Part shown: piece after piece, positions 52,666 to 64,000 of the stretch | Layout of the letters: each line of letters starts with the position of its first letter | Numbering within the stretch: position 1 is the stretch's first letter | Assembly (NCBI GenBank): GCA_964276515.1 | Contig: OZ193909.1 | Span: 6,200,001-6,264,000 of the forward strand | Direction: 5' to 3' | Source: Gordius albopunctatus | Taxonomy: Eukaryota | Length of the DNA: 64,000 nucleotides | Translations under genes and position numbers: made by a program | The notes under the pieces: generated by a model | Databases searched by the model: none | What the model was told of the DNA's origin: nothing | The model's input: only the letters and a program-made list of their open reading frames with translations

Positions 52666-55134
52666 CCCGAGAGGGACCAATGTAACTTTTAAGTTACACC
52701 CATTTGATTGATGATTACTCAAAAAGTATTTATTAAAAATTAATTTTTTAAATTGAATTTAACAAAAGAGATGTTGCCAAATAAGCTCACACAACGTCTT
52801 TCCTTTCCGAATCCATTGTTTAAAAATTATAGCATTCCAAAGTTCGCAATTTTTTTATTTTTTGAACTCTTCCAAATTATTCAATTTAATGCAAATCGAA
52901 CGTGAGTGCAAAATATATTTTTGAATGTTCCTGAATAATGATTCTTGCTTAATATTTTTATATAAATATATTTTATTAATTATAAATATATCATAGTTAT
53001 TTTTAAGTTTAAAATATAACGTCACCTAAAAGTGACATTGGGAAGGGCATTTTTGAACAATAAGATATTTACCTAGTTTTTGGCGTTTTTAACGTTGTTT
53101 GTTAGCACCTAAGCTATATTTTACTCAATTAAACTTTTGGAAGCCTTCTTTTATTAAGTCTTGATCCTCATTCCTTAATTTTATTAACAGCAAAAACAAA
53201 AAAAGTCAAAAAAGACGTTTGATTTTGTGTCTGTAATATAATTTAATTTTATTATAAATTTTTTAAAATATTTGATTTAGAACATTAAATGACCTTTTAG
53301 AAGAAGTAGAATATTCTAATTTAAATGTGGAACAAGTTATCATTTTTCCTTCAACCAACGATGGTGACACTGACCAAGAAAGTGGCGATGAAATTGAGGC
53401 TGATTTGGATCATCTACCAAGATCAATGCTTACGTCTTCTATTGAGGTTATCCGTTCCTCAGACCTAGAGGTTACATCCATTAAAGATAATTTAAATTGG
53501 CAAGATGATGAAAAGATTTTTCCCCGTGTGGTCGCAAAGAAGTTGATAGGACTGACGTCGATGTCATGAATTTACCAACCACAGAAGATTATTTCGAACA
53601 AATCTTTACCGATGAAATTGTGACATTCATTGTAGAAATGACAAATCTATACGCTAAACAGCACAATATAAATTTGAACTTTACAAAGGAGGAGCTTAAA
53701 ATTTATATTGCCATCTTACTTCTTACTGGATATTTGACTCCCAAAAATATTAAAATGTTTTGGGAATTAAAATCCGATTCTTACAATCAAATGGTTTCAT
53801 ATGGAATGCGCCGCAACTGATTCAAAGAAATAACAAAGTATTTACATCTATGCGACAATTCAAATTTAGACTCGGTCGACAAATTCGCCAAAGTTCGACA
53901 GTTCTTTGATCTTTTAGACAAACGATTTAGGAATAATTTTAAATATGTAAAAACTTCAAATATTTCAATGGATGAAACCATCGTTCCCTACTATGGGCGC
54001 CATACTACGAAACAATTTATAAAAGGAAAGCCAATGCGCTTTGGGTATAAACTCTGGACGGCCGCAACAAGGTCGGGATACCTTATTAGTTTTGACCATT
54101 ATCAGGGTTCATCATATATTTTATCACAGCAAAAAACTTTCGGTTTAGGGGGAGCAGTCATAATGAATCTTCTGGATAAATTACCAAATGAATATTCTCC
54201 TTATAATATTTATTTCGATAATTACTTCACAAGCACAAAATTATCAAATGCTCTTTCAAAAAAAACATCGGCGCTACGGGAACCGTCAGGGTCAATCGAA
54301 TTAAATGTCCTCTGGCAGATCCGAAAGTGTTTAAAAAAAGGCCGAGGCTATTTCGTTAAAAAAGTAACTTCAAATATAGTTGCGATTCAATGAAATGACA
54401 ATTGCATTGTCAACATGCTATCAAATTGTCATGGTAGCAATCCAATAAGTAAAGTATCCAGAATAGGTTCAATAAATAAGGTAAAATCAAAAATTCAAGT
54501 TGATTGCCCATTTATGGTCCAAATGTACAATAAATATATGGTGGGGTTGATCGATTTGATCAGAACGTACAATCTACAAGAATTTCTTACATAGGTAAAA
54601 AATGGTATTTTCCTTTGTTAGCATTTGGAATAGATGCGGCCTGCCAAAATGCATGGCAAATTTACAACTCAAACAATGATTATCAGTCATTATGCAATTT
54701 CCGAAGATCGATTGTGATGTCATATTTCAGGAAATATGGTATTCAACCCAAAAGAAACGTGTATTCGAGTTTAACGAAATATAAACCTAACATAACAAAG
54801 CATCAAAAAGAACCCTGTTCTCAGAGGCGTTGTAAAGTTTGTAAGAAGGCCACTCGCCTAAAATGTTCATATTGTAACGCCGGATTGCATTTAAAATGTT
54901 GGGCTACCTATCATGAATTATAATTAATTATATTGTAGCTGATTTTAATAAAAAAATTTAATGTTGCATTTTTGGCCTTCCCAATGTCACTTTTAGGTGA
55001 CACCCCTCTATCTACCCGGGGTCATTATTTTTCAAAAGAATTTCAGTTGATTTGTTGTTACTATACCCTAGTGACCCTAGAAACTTATTTTTTTATAAAA
55101 TTTAACCGTGCAAAAATTAGTGGTCCCTGTCGGG
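52666..55134 (+). mobile_element. Full-length piggyBac transposon
   Basis: TTAA on both sides and TIR CCCGA(G/C)AGGGACC. Internal inverted repeat GTCACCTAAAAGTGACATTGGGAAGG at 53021-53046 and 54976-55001. Confidence 0.95.
53327..54923 (+). pseudogene. piggyBac transposase, disrupted
   Basis: Motifs MDETIVPYYGRH..KQFIKGKPMRFGYKLW, YFDNYFTS and YNKYM..VDRFDQ, plus a C-terminal Cys-rich RCKVC..C..C..LH..C. Split by stops and frameshifts. Confidence 0.93.
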
Positions 55135-56472
55135 TTAAAAGGAAAACAATACTATTGAGTGAACTTTTATGCGTTTGCGTACTCAGACTCAGACAGTCTG
55201 TTTGTAATTATTTACTTAGCATTTAAATAACACCCTTTTTTAATTTTGTTTTTTCGAACAATATATTTTTAATGGAAAATTGTTTATTAGATTACACACA
55301 AGTTCATATTATACTCTATTGTTTTAATTGAAATTATTCCCAGTGTTAGCGCCGGTGCTATAAGAGTAGCGCATTTAAGTGCAATCGGCTATAGCACATA
55401 GCACCTCAAACTCCCATCTCCTATAGCACATAGCACCTCAAACTCCCATCTCCTATAGCACATAGCACCTCAAACTCCCATCTCCTATAGCACATAGCAC
55501 CTCAAACTCCCATCTCCTATAGCACATAGCACCTCAAACCTCCGATCTCCTATAGCTCATAGCACCTCAAACCTCCCATCTCCCATAGCTCTAGCACCTC
55601 AAACCTCCCATCTCCTATAGCTTATAGCAATTAAAGTGACTATGTGCTAGTAGACATAGCTTATTTAATAGGCTATTCCCATCAGCGGGGAGGTGCTAAG
55701 CGCGCTAGTGCTAAGCATAACACACTTAAACGGGACAAATATTATTCTTCTAAAAACACTTTTAATATACAAAATAATTGTATATTTTATAAAGATACTC
55801 AAAAAGGGTATTTTTCATATATTTTGGGTGAGTATAAAGAGATGTGTTGTTGAAAGATAAAAAATCTTGGGAATAGGTCGATTGGAATGGAGATCCGAGA
55901 AATCGTGGTTAAGCCATTCGAAATTCCTAATACTCCACCAACGTATATAATTAAATCGTACTCACGGGCGTGTTGGCGATTTAAAATCTGGAATAAATTT
56001 TATTGGTTAGGAAATACCAATTTTTGTGTTTTGGGCGAATATACTTACGACCGTTTAAATCTGGAAGCCTTTATGCACTCTACCGTTTTTAAAGTACCAA
56101 AAAGCAAAACCCAGTATCAAAATAAAATAGGGAAGGGAAGAAATAATATAACGGAAGTAAATTAATATAAAACAAGTAAAATAAAACTTTATTTAAGTCC
56201 GTGGAAGGGTAGCGAGCAAATTGATAAGATCAACACAAGTAACTTTTACAAGTATATGTGTCGAAGATTTTTATTTTTAACATATGAGTATTGGTATGAC
56301 TATGGAAAATTGAACGAGTGTACAATAACAAAAACCACCCCCGTTGTCTATCCTCAATGTACATTAACTCTAACACCCAGTAAAAGAGATTTGGAAATGT
56401 TTAAAATTATATCGCCGCGTAATCATTATCTTTTATCGATAAAAAAGGAAGTAATGCAATCCTACCATAAAT

Positions 56473-59370
56473 ATGCTTGAAATTAAAAATAACCCAGTTC
56501 CCCGCGTAAAAATATTCTGTAACAAAATGCAACTTAATTTTATATTTGACACCGGTTCATCCATAACTGTAGTTAATAGAGATGATTGGTTTAGAATTTG
56601 TAACGGTGGATTATTTAAAGAGTCAAAATTGGAAGTGAAGCTATTTAATAATGACAAGATAAAATTAATAGGACAGTGCGACGTGCGTATAACCGTAAAT
56701 AGAGTTGTTAAAAAGTTAATATTATATATATCGGACCTAAGGGTTAATAATATTTTAGGATGGGACTGGATTCAAAACTTTGAGATTGACTGGTTGAATA
56801 AAATAATAACTGAGCCGACCTCGGGTAGTGATTTAATAAACATGGAGTTAATGTTGCAAGAGAGTACAGGCGCGAAATTTGAGGAGATTCGTGCAGAGTT
56901 TTCAAGAATTTTCAATAAAGAGTTGGGATGTTTGAAAAATTATGAGGCCACGATGAAATTAAAGCCGGGAGTAACCCCGAAATTTTGTTCAGCTCGAAGA
57001 GTACCTTATGAATGGCGCAGTGAAATCGAGGAGGAGTTAAAAAAGTGCGTTAAAGAAGGAATAACCAAACCGGTATCCTTTAGTTATGGGGCAACGCCCT
57101 TAGTACCGGTAAGGAAGGCTAATGGTAAGTTGTGATTGTGTGCGGACTTTCGTATCACTCTAAATCCTTGTATTGAGAGTCTAAAATTTCCATTGCCGCG
57201 TTTAGAGGAGATTTTGGTGGAGTTGAATGGATGTAAATACTTCTCAAAATTAGATTTTATAACGGCTTACCTACAATTGAAGGTATCCAAAGAGATGAGT
57301 CAAGCCCTAGCAATAAACACACATTTAGGTCTATTTAAGTTTTTGAGATTACCTTTTGGATTAAGTATTTCGGCTCCAATCTTTCAGATGGCCATGAATT
57401 CATTATTTCGAGAAATAGAAGGTGTCTTCTATTATATAGATGATCTATTAGTGGCAGGAAAAACACAAGCGGAACATGATTATAAATTAAGACTAGTTTT
57501 ACAAATTATTGATGACAATGGATTAAGAGTGTCCAAAGAAAAGTGTATTTTTGATGTAAATACAGTCGAATATTTGGGGCATATTATCGAAAATGGTACC
57601 ATTAGGCCCATAGAGAGTAAGATTGCGGCAGTAAGTAACCTTCGTGCACCAACTTCCAAAAAAGAACTGCAGTCCTTTCTGGGATTAATAAATTACTACA
57701 ATAAATATGTTCCACGTTTTGCGTCTAGAGCTAGGCTCTTATATGATCTGATTAAGGGTAGTACAATTTTTAAATGGAATGAGGAAGTGGAAAAGAGTTT
57801 CCAGAATTCAAAGGAATGTGTAACCAAACCCCCAATATTAAGTTGTTTTGATAGTAGCAAGGAAACTCACATAGTAGTGGACGCCTCGCAAGAAGCTGTC
57901 GGTGGGGCGTTATTACAGGTCGAAGATGGAAACGAAAAACCAGTTATGTATTTTTCGCGAAAATTTAAAGATCCAGAATTGCGATATTCGGTAATCGAGA
58001 AAGAAGCCTCAGCCTTCGTATATGGCCTTCATAAATGTCGGGAGTATATTATAGGCAAACCTTTTGTGTTATATACGGATCACAAACCTTTAGTAGCATT
58101 ATTTAAGAAGGATAACAACGATATTATGTTATCTTCTAGACTACAGAGATGGCTAGTAATGGTAGGAGCGGTTGAACTGGAAATAAAATATAGAAGAGGT
58201 CAGGATAATTATATCGCAGATACTTTATCACGAATGGGCCCTCAAAAACAGGAAGACGATAAAGAAGTAGGCAGCGGATCAATGGAAGAAAACTATAATA
58301 ACAATGATGCACCATACATTTTAAGAATATCGGACGGAGGACCAATCTCCTGGATGGATGTCAAGGAAGTAACGGAAAGGGATATCGAACTAAAGAAATT
58401 AGGCCAGTGTATTCGAGGAGAAGCCGAGTGGCCCCTCGCCCTGAGAAAGTACCAAAAAATCAAAAGGCAATTAAGCATAGTGGATGGATGTATTATGAAA
58501 GGTCTACAGATAATCATCCCCGATGTGTTAAGGAAGGAGGTGTTAAATGAGTTACATAAAGGACATCAAGGTATGGTAAAGATGAAGAGATGGGCGCGAG
58601 AATATATCTGGTGGCCCGATATTAGAAAGGATATCGAATATCTCTGCAGGCAATGTGAGGCATGCAATGGCATAGCCGCGATGCCACCCAAAATTAAAGG
58701 TAGCCAATGGGCTAGGGCACAAAATCCGTGGGATAGGGTCCATCTAGATTTTTTCGAGTGTCTAGGGCAGGTATATTTTATAGCGGTGGACGCCGGTACT
58801 AAATGCGTAGAGTACGAAAAGGTTAGTGGAAGTTCGACCCGGATTGTAATAAGGATATTGAAAGGACTATTGGCGCGATATGGATTACCAAAACTGATAG
58901 TGTCCGACGGAGGTCCAGAGTTTAAAGAATTTTGTGGAAGTCAAGGGATAGAACATATTATCACTCCACCCTATCATCCCAGTTCCAACGGGCAGGTGGA
59001 AAGAATGGTGGGAGTAATTAAAGGGTGGATTCTTAAGGAGAAAAGGGGGACATCCGAGCAGTGGCAGATGAAGTTAATGTATAATAACGCGAAGGGAGGA
59101 GATGGCCAGTCCCCGTCATCGAGATTCTTGGGACGACGAGGGAGGGTATGGCTAGACGAGTTGAGAAGGGTAGAGGGAAGGAGTTATTTAGGGAGGGCAG
59201 CCCGCTTTAAATTAGGGGATACCATTTGGGTTAAAATGTATCAAGGTCCGAGTAAGTGGGTAAAGGGGTTAGTGATCGCCGTAGAAGGAGGGGTAAGGTG
59301 TCGAGTGACGATAGAAGATGGTAAGGAATTTTGGAGGCATATTGACCAGTTACGGCGACGAAACCAGTAG
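56473..59370 (+). mobile_element. Ty3/Gypsy pol (PR-RT-RH-IN), one in-frame stop at 57133-57135
   Basis: Motifs FDTGS, YIDDLLV, VDASQ..GGAL, YTDHKPL, HHCC (H.GHQG...C..C) and integrase D,D,E (HLDF, SDGG, VERM). No intact gag was recognised upstream. Confidence 0.95.
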
Positions 59371-60703
59371 GGACTAAGGAAATCTATTTTATTACAGCTC
59401 CAATGTAAGGTTTGCTGGAAGTATGACAGCCATAGAACGTGGCAGTGTTACTATGGGTCGGAAGTGCAGGTCGAAGGAATAATTTGATATATATGTGATG
59501 AGCGAGGAACTCATCGCTGGCAGACGTGCCCCTGGAGGAGCAGGGGAAGAAAGTGTACCACGAGAGGGATTAAGAAGAAATGGACGAGGGAAAAGGTGGA
59601 GAAGGCGAAGAAGGAAGACAACTTTAAAAGTGTAGGGACCCAGACGGATGTAGAAACCCAGACGAACGCTAGACCCCCAACAAACATTTGGGAAGAAATT
59701 GGAGAAAGGTGAAAGAGTTTCAAACTGGAAGAAAGGAAGGAGTGAAAAGCCACTCTTGAGGGACAATTGCCCTATTATGTATATAATTTATGTACCCGAT
59801 TGACCTGTTATTGATATAAACTATTCTCTGTGTGCTGTGTCATTTATAGAATTATTCCCCATATATCAATATGAAAATTTGGTGTGTTGATTGGAAATAA
59901 AAGTTGTTATAACGTAGAAGGGTGTTGATGTAGAGGTGAATATGGCTACTGATCCTGTATTAGGGATCGGGCAGCATTTATATTTTATAATAGGTGACGT
60001 AATACGATGACCATCGAAAGGAACCAAATATCAACAGGAAACTTTAAACAAGGACCAGAAAACGAACGATCAAAATTAGAAGATCCCAACCACTTGACCC
60101 AACCACCGTGAACACTCAACCAGAATCCCCCCCCCCCCCCGAGACGTGGTCCCCGAAGAAAAGGGAGGTGTCATATCCATGAGAAAATATTTAAAAGGGA
60201 ACCAGCCCTTATAAGGTATGGGCACGTGATAAGAGGAAAAACAAACGAAGGGAGAAGGAAGGTTACCGAAATTGGGTTGGTAGTTAAATATTAGTACAAG
60301 GATACAGCTATAAATTAAGACTTGACCTGAAAGAAGTAGCAGAAGGAAGCAAGGGTACGACACAACCTGGTAATAAATACCGAATTAGCATAAGAAAGGT
60401 AAGGGAAACCTAGAACTGTCAGCTGGGGATTCCAAAGGACGTGGAAAAGCCTTGGAAGTGAAGGGCCATTCATCACGAAATTGGCGCGGTAAAATGGGTC
60501 AAAAAGAAAAGAAGTTTCAAGGATAAAGATACAGGCCAAGAAAATTAGAAACCTATATAAGTTCCAGCAAAATCGATACTAGATAGAAAAAAGAAACAGA
60601 AAAATGGGATTTCCTCCCGTAGAATGAGAATTCCTCCATTGTAAACCCAATTCTCCCCCCCCCCCTTGTAATCGCTAGAAATTATATTCCCGCGCTATTA
60701 CCG

Positions 60704-63700
60704 TCTTCTTCTTCTTTCTATGACTGCTTGTCACCTAGGCTGGTGGTCAGTTCTTTCAGCATTCGTTTCCATTTGTTTCTATGTTTACATAGATCTTTCT
60801 TTATCTTGTGGACTTTCATATCATGCCGTATTTTATGAATCCAGGTAAGCTTGGGTCTTCCTCTCTTTCGTTTTCCTGCAAAATTTATCATCTCGATTTT
60901 CTTTCCTACGTAGCTATCGTCCCTTCTTTCGACATGGCCATACCATCTTAGTCTATTTGTTAAGAGCTTTGTCGCAATTGATGTAGTACCATGGGCGTAG
61001 GCAGGGGGGGGGCGGCCGCCCCCCCCCCTGAATGAGAATTTTTCTATTTTTTAATGTAAATTTATGTAAAAATTGGAAAAAATTAGTGTTTCGCCCCCCC
61101 TGATTGAAATTAAGTTTTATGTTGAAAATTTAATTTCACGACCTTTTGACGCAAATTTAAATTATATAAGAATTAAATATTGAGATTAGTAGTTGCGTTT
61201 GTGTTAGTTCCTTCATAATATCCTCTGTACACTGTACTGTTGATTACTAACGTTAAATACCAAAAAAGGTCTTGGCGACCTTTTTTTTTTTTTGCTCTCA
61301 CTTAGTCTCGGCGATTTTTTTTGCTCGCCCCCCCTGATCCGAAAGCTGGCTACGCCCATGTGTAGTACCCAAAATTTTTCTTATTTCTTCATTTCGCCTA
61401 TGGTCTTTTGCTTACTCCTAGCACCCATCTTAGCATTCTCATCTCCATGGTCGCAAGACGTTGCTCGTCTCTTTTACGTATAGCCCATGATTCCGAGCTA
61501 TACGGGACTGTTGGCTGTATGATGGATTTATACAGTGCGCCTTTCAGTCTTCTCAGGATGTTTTTGTCGCACAGAACACCTGTCAAGTCCCTCCACTTGA
61601 GCCATCCGGAATTTATCCTTGCTTGGATTTCTTTATCCATTCCACCATCCGATTGAAGTGTTGATCCTAAATATTTGAAGGAATCCACACTTGTAAGTTG
61701 CCAATCGCCTAAAGTAAGGGTTGCACTTTGCTGGTTTTCATCCGATTTAAACTTTGTCTTCATGTATTCTGTTTTCTTTCGATTTACCCTGAGACCACTA
61801 TATTCTATTGCATTTACCCATCTATTTACAGTATTAGCCAGTTCTTGTTCACTTTTGGCACAGAGAATTATATTGTCTGCAAAGATCATTGCCCAAGGAG
61901 CTTCCTCGCCCAAATCCTTGGTAATATTATCCATTATCATTATGAATAGGAAGGGACTAAGAGCTGAACCTTGATGGACTCCAGTATTAATGGCGAAGCC
62001 CTTTGTAGTCCCCACCGTTGTTCTAACATACGTTCTATTTCCCTTGTACATATCCTTTATTGCTCTGACGTATGCTTCTGGCACATTGCTTTCTTCGAGA
62101 CATTTCCAAACTAAATTACGAGGAACTTTATCGAACGCTTTTTCAAGATCGATGAAACACATGTGCAAATCCTCTTCCCTTTCTTTAAACCGTTCCATTA
62201 ATCTTCTAACACTGTTTAGAGCGTCTGCTGTAGACCTCTCAGGCATAAATCCGAATTGGTTATCTCGAATTTGAACCATACTCCGAAGCCGTTTTTCGAT
62301 CACTTTTTCCCACACCTTGAAAGTGTGACTCATAAGCTTTATCCCTCTGTAATTGTTGCAATCCTGAATGTCCCCTTTCATCTTGTATATCGGGATAATG
62401 TAGCTATCCCTCCACTCGTCAGGTATTTTACCCGTTTTCAAGATATTGTTGAAAAGGTTGGCGAGGAATTGTGCACCAGTATTGCCTAACACTTTGAAGC
62501 CCTCTATTGGTATATTGTCGGGTCCAAGAGCTTTTCCTGACTTTAGTTTACCCATAGCAACTTTCACTTCCGTTTCCGTGATCCAGTCCGCTGTGTTTAA
62601 TTCTCCTATTGTATTTTCCTCGTTAGTGTCTTCGACTACGGGCCCCTTTTCAATTGATAAATCGCTATAATACTCGTACCATCTTTGTAGTATATGGCTG
62701 TCGTGCGTAAGTATTTCTCCCTTTTGACCCTTAATTAGCCGGCATTCTAGGTAATCTTTAGAATTTCGGGCCCTTGACTTTGCGATTTTGTAGATCAATC
62801 TTTCTCCTTCCTTTGAGTTTAGTTTTACATTTATATCGTCGTACACCTTGTTTTTAGCTTTCGCTACGAATTTTTTAGCCGATCTTTTAGCTACTTGGTA
62901 AGCTTGCTTATCATTACTATCCTTGCTTTTATACCAAACTTTGTACAATCTCTTCTTTTCCTTGATACATTTTTGCACTTCTTCATTCCACCACCATGTC
63001 TCCTTGAGAATTCTTTTAGTGGGCTTGCTTTCACCTAGTATTTGTCGTCCCGCTTTTCGCATTGTGGCAGCTATACCATTACATTGATCCTCACATGAAG
63101 TATTTCCCTTAAATTCAGCATGTTTAATTACTTGTTCCTAAAAATGTTGAATATTATCCTTTCGTTTCCTCCATTGTATAGTAGCGGCTACTCTTTGTAC
63201 CTTCTGCCCTTTAAGGCCCTTTAATATAAAGTCCATCACCAACAGCTTGTGTTGGCAGGCCAATATTTCACTCGGTATTACCTTAACATTTTGAACATAC
63301 TTTAAGTGCGCTCTGTTGACTAGAAAGAAATCTATCTGAGTGGTACGGCTGCCGCTTTTGTACGTTATAAGATGTTCCTGTCTCTTTTTGAAGAAGGTAT
63401 TTCCTATAGCTAGGTCAAAAGCTTGAGCAATTTCTAGAATTTCCGTACCTCCTTCATTTCTCAGGCCGTAACCCCGACCACCGTGATTTCTTTCAAATCC
63501 TCCTCTTGATTTTCCCACGTGACCATTGAGGTCCGCTCCGATAATTATTATTCCTTCTTTACCAAATTGGGATAGAACAACTTCAAGCTCCTTCCAAAAA
63601 GACTCTTTTTCCGTCTCAGAGCATCCACTTTGAGGGGCGTATGCTGATATAACGTTTATCGTAGTAGATTTATAACAAAGCTGTATCGCCATAATTCTGT

Positions 63701-64000
63701 CATTGATTCTTTTAACGTCGACAACAGTTTGCTGAAATTCTTCCGATAGAACTAAACCGATGCCATTCCTGTGAGTTTCTGTACCGTAAAAATATAATTT
63801 GTATCCGTCACCTATGTATTTTGCTTTTTCGCCCTTCCATTTGGTCTCTTGTATACAAGCGATATCGATTTTTCTCCTCCTTAGAACGTCTGCCAATTCT
63901 CTGCTCTTGCTAGTCATTGTACCAATATTCCATGACCCGAACTTTATCCTACGCAAACTAATGTCTTTAACCGCTTCCGTTTGTTGAGAGAGCGGTAGCC
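60704..64000 (-). mobile_element. Near-intact RTE LINE (APE + RT) with (GAA)n 3' tail
   Basis: APE ORF 63956-63138 is in frame with RT ORF 63062-61398 across one TAG. The RT motif reads FADNII. The C-terminal RLRWYGHV region lies at about 60.9 kb, and the tail is CTTCTTCTTCTT at 60705. Confidence 0.95.
60990..61360. mobile_element. CATGGGCGTAG MITE inserted in the RTE
   Basis: TIR CATGGGCGTAG...CTACGCCCATG and perfect 8-bp TSD TGTAGTAC. Confidence 0.95.

Larger units (their letters stand above)
51829..55715. mobile_element. Foldback-like element with inverted minisatellite arms (copy 2), hosting the piggyBac
   Basis: About 10 units on + (51890-52220) and about 7 units on - (55390-55620). 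The left arm and about 250 bp of internal sequence match 36385-36865. Confidence 0.75.

Noticed and set aside
56473..57140. Programmed stop readthrough in Gypsy pol, and likewise in the RTE at 63138
   Set aside because: TGA replaces the conserved Arg of LRLC, and TAG corresponds to CAG in the paralogous copy near 22130. These are simple nonsense mutations.
49706..60705. One full LTR element bounded by the 49706 and 60169 repeats
   Set aside because: No clear PBS, gag or TSD ties these repeats to the 56473 pol, and the interval is a mosaic of unrelated insertions. Possible but unsupported.
61408..62670. Several + strand ORFs over the RTE, and - strand ORFs over Gypsy pol
   Set aside because: They are antisense shadows of retroelement coding sequence with no recognisable motifs.

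Overview
AT-rich animal (invertebrate-type) genomic DNA with GT-AG introns, many only 30-40 nt long. Nothing prokaryotic is present: no CRISPR array, rRNA or tRNA was recognised. Host genes assembled by hand: a 9-exon STAMBP/AMSH deubiquitinase (-), a 4-exon GT10 alpha-1,3-fucosyltransferase (-), and a tandem pair of small genes (+, 7.9-12.1 kb) encoding 10-Cys domains with the TGF-beta/activin type I receptor ectodomain (three-finger) pattern but no visible kinase. The ORF track shows only their last exons. The rest is a dense transposon landscape: an apparently intact THAP-type P element (about 13 exons, 36-bp TIRs, 8-bp TSD) sitting about 135 bp upstream of the fucosyltransferase ATG; a non-autonomous P-like element; a decayed full-length piggyBac; Ty3/Gypsy and RTE retroelements; hAT remnants; several MITE families; and a foldback-like element whose inverted arms are 31-32-bp minisatellite arrays. 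The best candidates for something new are the kinase-less receptor-ectodomain pair, the intron-rich P element and the minisatellite-armed foldback family. All gene models are manual, and no database search was possible.
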